DNA of 47,150 bases from a virus, in the IMG/VR virus record IMGVR_UViG_3300045988_023644, positions 1 through 47,150 of that record; one strand, written 5' to 3'. The notes beneath the pieces are model-generated. The model saw only the letters and a list, made by a program, of their open reading frames with translations, was not told the origin of the DNA and did not search any database. Every line of letters begins with the position of its first letter. The stretch's first letter is position 1. Positions 1 to 8,565 of the stretch are shown here, piece after piece. Both the position numbers and the translations under genes were made by a program.

Positions 1-119
1 ACCTCGTACATCAGCGCTGCAAACTTTTCCGTGTCAGAGGAATCCAGCCGCTCCGTGGGCATGTAATTGTCCTGCTCCACAATGCTGACGTGGGGAAAAC
101 TGGAAGGAGCCGCCACATA
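1..119. repeat. Terminal direct repeat, identical to 47032-47150 (circular closure overlap)
   Basis: Read directly: acctcgtacatcagcgctgc...ggaaggagccgccacata at both ends. Confidence 0.95.
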
Positions 120-203
120 CTCGCTTGTGGAAGTCACTTTTGGATAGGCTTTCGTCAATGCCTGCGCGATAGACCCGTAGATTTCATTTTCGATGTCGAT
201 CAC
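1..203 (-). CDS. Tail completion/terminator-like protein, N-terminal part (same gene as 46833..47150 across the junction, about 133 aa in total)
   Basis: GTG at 201-203 lies 7 nt after AAAGGAGG and overlaps (GTGA) the stop of 200..721. The frame continues into the repeat copy. Position is between the neck genes and the major tail gene. Confidence 0.6.
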   Translation of the reverse strand, partial: MIDIENEIYGSIAQALTKAYPKVTSTSEYVAAPSSFPHVSIVEQDNYMPTERLDSSDTEKFAALMYE

Positions 204-721
204 ACAAACACCTCCTTTGCCAGTGTGTACACTCTGGTCTCCAGTTCCTTCACCGTCTCATACATGAACATATTGGCCGGGTTGCCGTGGGTGATAACCA
301 CCGTTGTGCCGTTGGGCTTTTCCTTCACGAGGCCGTTTGTGCCCTGCTCACCGTAGTAGCCCCACGAACTCTGCTTGCCGTGTCCCTTGCCGTAGTTGCC
401 GCGCGTCATGCCCAGCTCATAAGCCTCCGGATGATTGTCCGGATACGTCACGCCGGTGCCAAACTCGATAAACAGAACAGAAGCCCCGATGGCTACAATG
501 GCCTTTGCGTTGCCCTCACGCTGCTCCACGGAAACGGAAACATCGTTTGTGCCGTCATAAACCGCCTGCGAGAACTTAGCTGACGCAATGGAAAGCCCCT
601 CCTCCGCCAGCCGGTCAATGAAGATGCCTGTCCGCTCCTTCAACCAGACTTCGTAAGAGGACAACTCTTTCATGAGTTTCCTGATGCCGGACACGCTCAA
701 GGGCACTTGAATCGTTTTCAC
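200..721 (-). CDS. Neck/head-tail joining protein (HK97 gp10-like)
   Basis: 173 aa, GTG start overlapping the upstream stop, synteny after the head closure gene. Confidence 0.5.
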   Translation of the reverse strand: MKTIQVPLSVSGIRKLMKELSSYEVWLKERTGIFIDRLAEEGLSIASAKFSQAVYDGTNDVSVSVEQREGNAKAIVAIGASVLFIEFGTGVTYPDNHPEAYELGMTRGNYGKGHGKQSSWGYYGEQGTNGLVKEKPNGTTVVITHGNPANMFMYETVKELETRVYTLAKEVFV

Positions 722-1089
722 GACACACTCACCTTCTGCACCGCGTAGGAAATGAAATTCCTCGACTTCGCCACCCGTTTTACGATGTAGTCATACAGCG
801 GCGTGCCGTCTTCCCGGTATTCCGGCTTCTTGTCCAGAAAGAGAACGGTGTTTTCGTCGATAGGACATTTCAGATCGTCCGTGATAATTACCTTGTCGTA
901 GGACACAAAATTACCGAACTGCTCTACCTGTGCACTTCCCACGCCGGTGGACACACTGGCCCGCAGCTTTGCGGCTTTTTTGTAGAAAACCCTGTAATCG
1001 CCGGTCATGCCGTATTCGTCTTGTACGGCCTCCTTGCGGTCGTACAAAAGGTAGTAAAACGGCACCTTGTTGCGCTCCATGATTTTCAT
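718..1089 (-). CDS. Head closure / head-tail adaptor protein
   Basis: 123 aa, RBS GGAGG 5 nt before the ATG, synteny. Confidence 0.55.
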   Translation of the reverse strand: MKIMERNKVPFYYLLYDRKEAVQDEYGMTGDYRVFYKKAAKLRASVSTGVGSAQVEQFGNFVSYDKVIITDDLKCPIDENTVLFLDKKPEYREDGTPLYDYIVKRVAKSRNFISYAVQKVSVS

Positions 1090-1090
1090 C

Positions 1091-1408
1091 TCAGCCTCCG
1101 ATCACACCGGCGAACGGTATAATGTCTCGCAAAAGAGACGGGGGCACATCGCCGTCCTCATAGGTAGCGTTCACGCCGTTTTCGCTGTGGGCGGTCTGAC
1201 CTTCGGCCCCCCGCTTATTCAGCAGATACACGGCGATCTCTATCTGCGCGTGCACATACCGTTCCGGCACTTCCGTCACGGACGGATCATAGGGGTAAGC
1301 CTTGCGGCACACCTTGTTCCCTGCGATAGCCAGATAGGCGGAAAGCACGTCCGGATCGTTCTCGCCTGTCATGGTGCTGACCATCGCGGTCATTTCGTCG
1401 ATACTCAT
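1091..1408 (-). CDS. Head-tail connector protein (gp6-like)
   Basis: 105 aa immediately downstream of the capsid gene. Acidic N-terminus and YLLNKRGAEG-type core typical of connector proteins. Confidence 0.55.
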   Translation of the reverse strand: MSIDEMTAMVSTMTGENDPDVLSAYLAIAGNKVCRKAYPYDPSVTEVPERYVHAQIEIAVYLLNKRGAEGQTAHSENGVNATYEDGDVPPSLLRDIIPFAGVIGG

Positions 1409-1434
1409 GCTTTCCGCCTATCCTTTCTTCTCAA

Positions 1435-2472
1435 TTAGCCGCCGACAGAGGCGGTGACCGCCTTGGTGTTCACGGGGTTATCCTCGCTGTTGGCGATAAA
1501 CACGCTGCGGCTGTAGGTGGGAGCGGTGAAGCTCTGGGCAATGCCCGTGAACTTGCCGTGATACCACTCGGGGCCGTGGTCAAGGCCGATCTGGCCGAAC
1601 AGCTGGTACTTCTCGCCTGCGCCGGTCTTTGCCAGCTGCTCCAGGAAGAAGTTGCCCTTGCCGGGAACGGGCTGATACACGGGGGAGATCACGTCCAGAT
1701 TCAGCAGCAGGGCCGTACCGGCAGGCAGGAACTCGCCAAGGAACAGATATACCACGCCGATGGGGGTCACTACGCTGGACAGGCGGATACCGTTGATTTC
1801 CCGCGCAGCGGGAACCACGGTCAGGCCGTTCTGCACGGCGTCGGCGTTGATCTGGAACATGGTGGTGGCATCGCACCACAGGGTCAGGCCCTCGTGTGGG
1901 GCGTTATTGCCGTAGATTTTCTTCACCATGTCGGCAATGTCCCACAGGCCCAGAGGCTTGGAACCCATCGCCTTGGCGTTGGTGGTAATGGCGGTCACCA
2001 GACCGCGGGTTTTGTTGATAGTGGCGTCGGTGGTGGCCTTGCTGTACACGCCGTTGACGAAGGTGTACTCGATGTCGCGGGCCACCTTCTGCATCTTGGC
2101 GGCCACCTGAAAATCCAGCTCGTTCATGGGGTTGGCCTGCTGGTTGGCAATGTTGATACCGCTCAGGGTGCCCATGTTGCTCTGCTTGGCGTAAGAGATA
2201 CCAACTGCTTCCATAAAGATCTGGGTCACGTTGGTCTTCTGCTCACGGGTGATAACGGAAGCGTCAGGCGCGGTCAGAGACGCGGTCTCGCTGATGGCGG
2301 GCTGAGTGCCGCCGCCGGTGGTGTATTCCTGACCGGTCACAAACTCCACATGGTTAGTGGTCTTGGCTCTGCCGCCGATGATGGAACTCAGGGGGGTGCG
2401 GGTGTTGCCCTTGTTGAAGAGCATACCGGAGTAATTCAGCACTCCGAAGCTGGTTGCGAAAGTATCAGCCAT
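1435..2472 (-). CDS. Major capsid protein
   Basis: 345 aa, strong RBS AAGGAGG, follows the scaffold gene, size and composition typical of an HK97-fold capsid protein. Confidence 0.85.
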   Translation of the reverse strand: MADTFATSFGVLNYSGMLFNKGNTRTPLSSIIGGRAKTTNHVEFVTGQEYTTGGGTQPAISETASLTAPDASVITREQKTNVTQIFMEAVGISYAKQSNMGTLSGINIANQQANPMNELDFQVAAKMQKVARDIEYTFVNGVYSKATTDATINKTRGLVTAITTNAKAMGSKPLGLWDIADMVKKIYGNNAPHEGLTLWCDATTMFQINADAVQNGLTVVPAAREINGIRLSSVVTPIGVVYLFLGEFLPAGTALLLNLDVISPVYQPVPGKGNFFLEQLAKTGAGEKYQLFGQIGLDHGPEWYHGKFTGIAQSFTAPTYSRSVFIANSEDNPVNTKAVTASVGG

Positions 2473-2487
2473 TTACTTGGCCTCCTT

Positions 2488-3057
2488 TTATTTAGATTCG
2501 GCCTGCGCTTGCAGGCGGGTGTAATAGGCCGCCTCTGCGTAATTGCCCAGGCTCTGTGCCTCTGCGGCCTTTTTGGCGTAATCCACGCCCTCGCTGCCAA
2601 CGCCAGCGCCGGGACGGGGCGTCTTTTTCAGCGCCTCCGCCTTGACCTGCTTGGCGTGGTTTTCCAGAAACTGTTGCTGGTTGGCAAACATCTTCGCCAT
2701 GTCGCCGTCCGTCAGCGCCTTTGCCGTGTCCTTTGCCAGCGCTTCATCATAGCCCTGGGCAACGAACTTCGCCGTGTATTCCGAAACCGTCTTGGCCTCC
2801 CGCAGCTCCGCAAGCTCTTTCTCCATGCTGGAAACACGCTCGTCCTGCTCCTGCTTTTTTTTGTCCTCGTCAGAGAGAAGGTCGTTGTGCTTCTTCTTCC
2901 ACGAAGCCGCCTCCGAGGCCGCCTTGTCGTAAACGTCCTTTTTTACATAGCCGCTGTAATCCGGCTCCGGGATGTCGTAGCTTTCCAATGCGGCAAGCTT
3001 CTGCTCCGCCGTCATGTCGGCAAAGCCCTCAATTTTGCTGGTGTCGATCTTAGGCAT
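2488..3057 (-). CDS. Capsid scaffolding protein
   Basis: Start moved to ATG 3057 (RBS GAAAGGA). Charged coiled-coil protein (MPKIDTSKIEGFADMTAEQK...) upstream of the capsid gene. Confidence 0.7.
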   Translation of the reverse strand: MPKIDTSKIEGFADMTAEQKLAALESYDIPEPDYSGYVKKDVYDKAASEAASWKKKHNDLLSDEDKKKQEQDERVSSMEKELAELREAKTVSEYTAKFVAQGYDEALAKDTAKALTDGDMAKMFANQQQFLENHAKQVKAEALKKTPRPGAGVGSEGVDYAKKAAEAQSLGNYAEAAYYTRLQAQAESK

Positions 3058-3176
3058 AATGTCTGTCCTTTCTGCGCTTTTTAGGGTGCATCTCCGCACC
3101 ATGCTGCGTTATGTCGGTTCTCTCCCGTTTTGCGTTTTTGGTAAGGCGGCTTCTCTGCCGCCAAACACCCGTTCGG

Positions 3177-3228
3177 GTGAAAAAACAAAAGAAAAGAGGC
3201 TACCGATACGTTTTCCGTACCGATAGCC
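3177..3228 (-). terminator. Intrinsic terminator between the portal and scaffold genes
   Basis: Minus strand reads GGCTATCGGTACG-GAAAA-CGTATCGGTAGCC (13 bp, 2 G-U pairs) followed by TCTTTTCTTTTGTTTTTT. Confidence 0.65.
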
Positions 3229-3326
3229 CCTTTTGGCTGTCCCAAACGCCCTATGCGCTTGGCTGTTCGTATTCTGTTTTTGACTTCACTTCCCAGATGC
3301 AGAGCTTTCCATTCCTCACGCCGATC

Positions 3327-4757
3327 TCAACCCTGTGTCTGCGGTTGAGTATCTGCTCGATCGCCTGCACCGCCGCCTCCGACAGTTTGATCTCCTGCAT
3401 TGACTGCCTCCTGTTTCCGTTCCTGTTCTTCCATATATTCCATACTCATCTTGTAAGCAAGCTGCGGATCGGAAAACAGGCCGCTGTGGGTAAAGGCCAG
3501 CACCGGCGCGATCTTGGGGTTGGAAAGCATCATGGTCAGCACGTTGGCCTTTTCCGTGATGTTTTCGTAATTCCGCCGGGTAAACCGGATTTCCAGCCCA
3601 GATAGCTTCAGCGACAGGTCGCCCAGATCGCGGCAAATGCGCAGAAGCAGCTTCAAAAACTCTTTTTCCGACCGCTTGAACATCAGCTCCGAATCCTTGG
3701 CTCTCGCCTCCGCCGCCGACCAGCCGTCCCGCATGATCACGGCAGAGCCGGTGTCCGAGGTGGAAGAACCGCCGTTCCGGTTTGGCATACCGCAGATGGT
3801 CAGCACTGTGTTGTACATGCTGTCCACCAGCGTCTGTGTCTGCGCCTGATTCATCTCCGAGGTCAGATATTGAATCTCTGCTTTCGTCTGCGCGTCAATG
3901 TCCTTGAACTTGATCGCGCCCATTTCTTTCAGGTTCCCGAAGTCCTCCGAGGAGATGTCCACGTTGTGGAACAGCATCAGCGCCTGAACAAACTGCTCCA
4001 CGCCGTCCAGACGGTTGCTCTCCACCGTGTTGATGGCGTCCAGCAGCGGGATCACAATCTCAAACGCGCCCAATCTTGCCTTGTTGGCGGGATATTCGAT
4101 AATGGGGATACCCAGATACTGCGGCTCACTGTGCAAAATGACCCATGTGTTGTTGACCTCGTAGTAGTGATCCTGCGTATAGCAGCTGAAAACCAGCGTC
4201 CCGTCCTCTTTCAGGATGTATTTCACGCCCATCAGCGGCGGATTGCCCAAAGCGGTGGAGTACACCACAAAGCAGTACCTGGGGTCAAGTGTGAAAATCT
4301 CAAACGGCGCTTCATCCTCATCCACGTCCGCCATATCGTCCGGCAGAATCATCCGGTACGATGTACCGCAGATGTGGAACCAGTCCGCCAATTCCTTGTC
4401 TTTGGCGGGCTTATCCTCGCTCAGAACGTAATCGTTCAGCCGCATTACGTTCTTTGCAACGCCCTCGTCGTCGCCCCGGCTCACATACTGTACCGGTTCG
4501 CCCATCAGGTAGCCCACCTTGAAGGACACGATCTCATTGGCCCGGTTCTCCACAATCTTGTTGTTGATCTCTGGACGAACGTCCTTCTCCCGGTTCAAAA
4601 TCGGCTGATCGCCCCGATAGTAGCGATAGAGATAGTCAATGTCCGCCTGATTCTGTAGGTGGACGAACAGGGCCTTTTGCAGCACGTCGATCACATTGCC
4701 CGTCGTGACCTCTGTCACATCCGTATAGATCACTCTGCGCCCAAATAATGCTCTCAT
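3327..4757 (-). CDS. Portal protein (SPP1 gp6-like)
   Basis: Start at ATG 4757 (RBS GGAAAGGAG). 476 aa directly downstream of terL, with a YYRGDQPIL...NNKIVENRANEIV-type portal signature. Confidence 0.9.
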   Translation of the reverse strand: MRALFGRRVIYTDVTEVTTGNVIDVLQKALFVHLQNQADIDYLYRYYRGDQPILNREKDVRPEINNKIVENRANEIVSFKVGYLMGEPVQYVSRGDDEGVAKNVMRLNDYVLSEDKPAKDKELADWFHICGTSYRMILPDDMADVDEDEAPFEIFTLDPRYCFVVYSTALGNPPLMGVKYILKEDGTLVFSCYTQDHYYEVNNTWVILHSEPQYLGIPIIEYPANKARLGAFEIVIPLLDAINTVESNRLDGVEQFVQALMLFHNVDISSEDFGNLKEMGAIKFKDIDAQTKAEIQYLTSEMNQAQTQTLVDSMYNTVLTICGMPNRNGGSSTSDTGSAVIMRDGWSAAEARAKDSELMFKRSEKEFLKLLLRICRDLGDLSLKLSGLEIRFTRRNYENITEKANVLTMMLSNPKIAPVLAFTHSGLFSDPQLAYKMSMEYMEEQERKQEAVNAGDQTVGGGGAGDRADTQPQTQG

Positions 4758-4790
4758 GCCTTGCTCCTTTCCACCTATTACTTCCCCTCT

Positions 4791-4807
4791 ATTGTACCAC
4801 ACTTTTT
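4791..4807 (-). promoter_or_regulatory. Candidate extended -10 promoter (AAAAAGTGTGGTACAAT) upstream of the portal gene
   Basis: The same 17-mer recurs at 13308-13324. It contains TGnTACAAT. Confidence 0.4.
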
Positions 4808-4858
4808 AAGCGGATAAAAGAGGTATACGCACGTTTAATTAGAATATTTGTAACTTTT

Positions 4859-6499
4859 TCAGCAGGGACGCTTGAAAATCTCCACTTTTGCGCCGTTCAG
4901 CGCCTGCGAGAACTCCGTCAGCATCGCCATGCCGTCGGGAACGTCGTCGTGCTTGTTCTTTCCCGCCACCGTGTAAGAGCAGAGCATGTCAATCATTCTG
5001 CCGTAATCGGAATTTCGCTTATACAGTGTCTCGTCCTTGAATAGAAAATGCTCCTTCACATACGCCGAATTGACGATGATCTTCGTCTCCTTATTCGCCG
5101 TGGTAAATTTCGTGGTAATGTGGGTGATCCCGTTCCGGTCTTTCACCATTCCTTGTACCTTTTCCGCCACTCTGCCGCCTGCGGAGTTGGATTCAAACCG
5201 GCAGGCGTTCACCTTGTCCCGCACCAGAATGTCGGCAAGCCGCACATCCACCACATCGGGCAGTCCGTTGTCGCATACGCAATCGTCGATGTAGTAATCC
5301 TGCCCGTATACATGGGCCACAGGGAGAAAGGCGTAGTCCGTGCCTTTGTCCTTCGTGTCGCAGATGCCAATGATGGCGTCTGGCTCCTTGTCCGGCAGCG
5401 TGAAATACCGTCTCAGCTCATCCGGATGGTACAAAAGGCCCTCTCTTTCGATAGGCTGATTCATGTAGAGCGCCCGCCAGCTGACGGAATCCATGATGTC
5501 CCGCTGTTCTTTGTAGAACTTGGTGGAAAACCCCACCCCGTAGGCGTAATCGAAGTTGGATTCGTCGTTTTCGTCCATTGCAGGGATGGCGATGAATTTC
5601 GCCCGGTCGTTCTTCTCGTATTCCCGCTCCAACCGTCCGATCACGTCATGTACCGACCATCTGGTGGCGATGTGCAGCTCCTTGCAGTGGTCGCCGATCT
5701 TTCTCTGCCGCAGGTCGGTGGTGTACATCTCCCACAGCTTGTCCAACCGCTCTTTTGACAAGGCCACTTCAATGCCGGATACCAAATCGTCGCAGTAGAG
5801 CAGCGTTGCCGCACGGTACAGACCGGCGTTGCCCGTTCCGATAGACGTAAATTCCAGCGTTTCAAATCGCTGGCACTTGTCCAGATCAATGCGGCAGTCC
5901 TTTGCATTGGTGTTGCTCACGTTGATGCCAGGAAACACATCGTGCCACAGATATTCCCCGTTTGCGTCGAAAATGCGTAAACATTCATCGTATACACCCC
6001 GCACGAAAGAATTGGAGTGGCTTCCCGTCAGCATGGGGTCGTTGGGATATTTTCCGCCCAGCCATGTGAGATAGAAGATGGCTAATGTGGTCTTTCCCAC
6101 GCCGGGGGGCAAGCTGATAGCCAGAAGGTCAAGCGTATCGTCCGCCAGCGCCTGCAAATCCTTTACCACGCGCCCCAGCATCTTCTTCCGGGGAGGATAA
6201 AACCTCTTTTTCGCTTCACGGTTCAGCTCCACATACGTCAGATAGCTGTCAAAATCATAGGGAGCCTCGAACAAAAGGCACTTTCGCCACTGTTCATAAA
6301 ACTTATCCGCCGCCTGTGGACAGGTTCTGATCTTCCCACGGCACTCTTGCAAGATTTTCTTGTTTTCGCCGTGTGCGGCGGCGTGATCCTCGTCCTCCCA
6401 GCTTCGGCACAGAGAAAACAGGTCATTGTACGCTCCGATATCCCCCGGGACCGCTTCAATTTTCGTCCGGATCGACTTCGCCAGTCTTTCGTAGTCCAT
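4859..6499 (-). CDS. terL: Terminase large subunit
   Basis: Start at ATG 6499. Walker A SLPPGVGKTT, C-terminal nuclease-like region, synteny with the portal gene. Confidence 0.9.
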   Translation of the reverse strand: MDYERLAKSIRTKIEAVPGDIGAYNDLFSLCRSWEDEDHAAAHGENKKILQECRGKIRTCPQAADKFYEQWRKCLLFEAPYDFDSYLTYVELNREAKKRFYPPRKKMLGRVVKDLQALADDTLDLLAISLPPGVGKTTLAIFYLTWLGGKYPNDPMLTGSHSNSFVRGVYDECLRIFDANGEYLWHDVFPGINVSNTNAKDCRIDLDKCQRFETLEFTSIGTGNAGLYRAATLLYCDDLVSGIEVALSKERLDKLWEMYTTDLRQRKIGDHCKELHIATRWSVHDVIGRLEREYEKNDRAKFIAIPAMDENDESNFDYAYGVGFSTKFYKEQRDIMDSVSWRALYMNQPIEREGLLYHPDELRRYFTLPDKEPDAIIGICDTKDKGTDYAFLPVAHVYGQDYYIDDCVCDNGLPDVVDVRLADILVRDKVNACRFESNSAGGRVAEKVQGMVKDRNGITHITTKFTTANKETKIIVNSAYVKEHFLFKDETLYKRNSDYGRMIDMLCSYTVAGKNKHDDVPDGMAMLTEFSQALNGAKVEIFKRPC

Positions 6500-6513
6500 T
6501 TTTACCCCCAAAC

Positions 6514-6553
6514 GCAAAAAAAGAGCTACCCGCATGTTTTCCATGCAGATAGC
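6514..6553 (-). terminator. Intrinsic terminator immediately upstream of terL
   Basis: Minus strand reads GCTATCTGCATG-GAAAA-CATGCGGGTAGC followed by TCTTTTTTTGCGTTT. Homologous to the hairpin at 3198-3228. Confidence 0.65.
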
Positions 6554-6600
6554 CCCTTTGGCTGTTGCTCACGCCCTCGCGGAAGCCTTATTTTGTTATG

Positions 6601-7791
6601 TTATTCCATCGGCACCAGCGTAAAATCTGCGCCGTATGTGTTGAAGATGTGTTCGTCCGTTCCAACTTCTATCACAGCGCTTTCCCCGCAGGACAGTGTG
6701 TAGGTAGAAACATTCCGTACCTCTGCGTACCCTTCCTCGTTTTTGTTGACGCTGTTTTTGTCGATGTAAATAATGCTGTTCTTCGCGTTTCCTGTTGCCT
6801 TGTATTTCCCAGCTGGAACCATGTACCAGATATATTCGTAGCTATCCAGCTGCATCTTTTTTCCGTACTCGCCAACAACGCCGTCAACGATCCGGATTTC
6901 TGTTCCGACAGATGTAGTGTCACCGGCTTCCGTCTCAACTTCTTTTCTTTCGGGAAGCGGGTATTTATCTGCATTGTTCTGCACGACGTTTCCGCCTACT
7001 TCTAGATAAATTAACTCCGCCGTGTTGTCTTCAACGTGGTAACCGGCGGTAAAGGAAACCTCGCTGTATACACCAAACGCATTTGGCGCGTCTACATGGC
7101 TTCTTACCGTGTATCGGTCAAACTGCCGCCCAAAAGACCAGTCCATAAGCGGAAAATCGGCAGAGCTTGGATAATTCAGGTATATCGAAACAGCGTCCTT
7201 TGTTTTGAAGATCAGCGTATCCTTGATTCCATCATCTACAATGAAGTTTTCGATCTTCCACGGCTCGTAGCCGTTCTTGTATAGGTCGATATCCATTCCG
7301 ACCTTTATCGACTGCACCGTTCCGTCTGCGCTGCAATAAACCCGCGCCGTAGTCCCGTTTGTGGAAAAACTGTACCGTGGGCCGGATGCCCAATCCTCCA
7401 CCTTTTCGATTTTCTTCGCGTCTTTGGCGTCAATGCCGATCTCTTCCAGAATGCGATAAAAAGACTTGATCGTCTCTCCCTCCACAACAAGGTCAGAATT
7501 ATCAGAAATGTTTTCTGTGTTGGCGTCTCCCGTGTTCATTTCCTTCTCGCTATCTTGGTGCGTTTCACTCTGCGTTTTACCAACCTCGGAACTTGGCTTG
7601 TGCGTAGTGGTCGGGCTTGACAACGAACCAATCAGTGTAAACACCACGAACCCGCCGACGCACGCGGCGCACACCACGAAGCATGGCTTTTTCTTTCGCT
7701 TCGTAAAAATGCACACCAGCAGCCACACAAAGCCGCCCAGCAGCCCTGCCATGCACAGCATCACCAGTTTGGCGCAGATGGATGATATCAT
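6601..7791 (-). CDS. Membrane-anchored protein of unknown function (2 N-terminal TM helices, about 320-aa extracytoplasmic domain)
   Basis: ATG 7791 lies 3 nt after the recombinase stop. Hydrophobic N-terminus ICAKLVMLCMAGLLGGFVWLLVCIF and FVVCAACVGGFVVFTLIG. Confidence 0.6.
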   Translation of the reverse strand: MISSICAKLVMLCMAGLLGGFVWLLVCIFTKRKKKPCFVVCAACVGGFVVFTLIGSLSSPTTTHKPSSEVGKTQSETHQDSEKEMNTGDANTENISDNSDLVVEGETIKSFYRILEEIGIDAKDAKKIEKVEDWASGPRYSFSTNGTTARVYCSADGTVQSIKVGMDIDLYKNGYEPWKIENFIVDDGIKDTLIFKTKDAVSIYLNYPSSADFPLMDWSFGRQFDRYTVRSHVDAPNAFGVYSEVSFTAGYHVEDNTAELIYLEVGGNVVQNNADKYPLPERKEVETEAGDTTSVGTEIRIVDGVVGEYGKKMQLDSYEYIWYMVPAGKYKATGNAKNSIIYIDKNSVNKNEEGYAEVRNVSTYTLSCGESAVIEVGTDEHIFNTYGADFTLVPME

Positions 7792-7794
7792 CAA

Positions 7795-8565
7795 TCATTC
7801 CCCCTTCAAAATCGCTTCGTGCGAATTCTTGCTTGCTTCTTTCCCGTACCTGTAGTTCCCGCGATAAGTGCTTTCGTTGCTCAAAATCGCCTGTACCGCA
7901 GAGTGCTTGAACTCTTTTCCTCTCTTGCTGCGATAACCGGCCTTGTTCAATTCGTCGGCAATGCCTTGCAGTGTCTTTCCCTCTTTCCGCAGGGCGAAAA
8001 TCTTCCGAACGATCTCTGCTTCATCCGGTACAATCTCCAACGTGCCATTTACAGGCCGATAGCCCAGCGGCGGTTTTCCGCCCGCGTATCCGCCGTTTCG
8101 CGCCGTCGCGTAGCGGCCCACTGTTGTTCTCAGTGCGATATTCTCGCTTTCCAACTGGTTGAAGGAGGACAAGATTCCGATCATGGCGCGGCCCCACGGT
8201 GTTGTAGTGTCTAGCGTCTCATTCAGGCTTACCAAGTCCACGTTGTTGTGCAAAAGATCATCCTCGATGATCGCCAGCGTGTCCCGTTGCTTTCTGGACA
8301 GCCGGTCAAGCTTAAAGATCACAATCACGTCGATCCCACCGCTTCTTACGTCCGCCAGCATTTCTTGCAGGCCGGGCCGGTTTGTATTCCGCCCTGTAAA
8401 GCCGTTGTCCTCATAGGTCTTGACGTAAAGCCATCCCTTGCTCTCGATGCATGCTTTTGCCATACGCTCCTGCTCAGGCAGAGAGACTTTCCCATCCTCG
8501 CCCTGCGCGTCCGTTGACACTCTTGTATATACGCATGCCCGCTTCATCTCATACATTGCACTCAC
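7795..8565 (-). CDS. Serine recombinase (resolvase domain plus partial recombinase domain, no zinc-ribbon/coiled-coil C-terminus)
   Basis: CVYTRVSTDAQ catalytic Ser motif, LDRLSR, GGKPPLGY linker. Only 256 aa. Confidence 0.8.
   Translation of the reverse strand: MSAMYEMKRACVYTRVSTDAQGEDGKVSLPEQERMAKACIESKGWLYVKTYEDNGFTGRNTNRPGLQEMLADVRSGGIDVIVIFKLDRLSRKQRDTLAIIEDDLLHNNVDLVSLNETLDTTTPWGRAMIGILSSFNQLESENIALRTTVGRYATARNGGYAGGKPPLGYRPVNGTLEIVPDEAEIVRKIFALRKEGKTLQGIADELNKAGYRSKRGKEFKHSAVQAILSNESTYRGNYRYGKEASKNSHEAILKGE

Noticed and set aside
1-119. The 119-bp end repeat as a biological long terminal repeat or cos region
   Set aside because: A gene reads through it in frame and it has no cos-like features. 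An assembly closure overlap is the simpler explanation, but read-end analysis is needed to be sure.
1558-3084. 508-aa plus-strand ORF, and similar long antisense ORFs at 3870..4658, 5048..5758, 16309..17136, 17892..18817, 32020..33310, 39253..40251, 40675..41922 and 43456..44481
   Set aside because: They lie antisense to confidently identified phage genes in GC-rich DNA. They are Arg/Gly/His/Leu-rich with no RBS and no recognisable motifs. This is the typical shadow-ORF artefact.
7795-8565. The serine recombinase as a second, functional phage integrase
   Set aside because: At 256 aa it lacks the C-terminal zinc-ribbon/coiled-coil needed by large serine integrases. The tyrosine integrase with a tRNA-type attP at 30012-31242 is the obvious integration system. 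The recombinase is kept only as a possible invertase or remnant.
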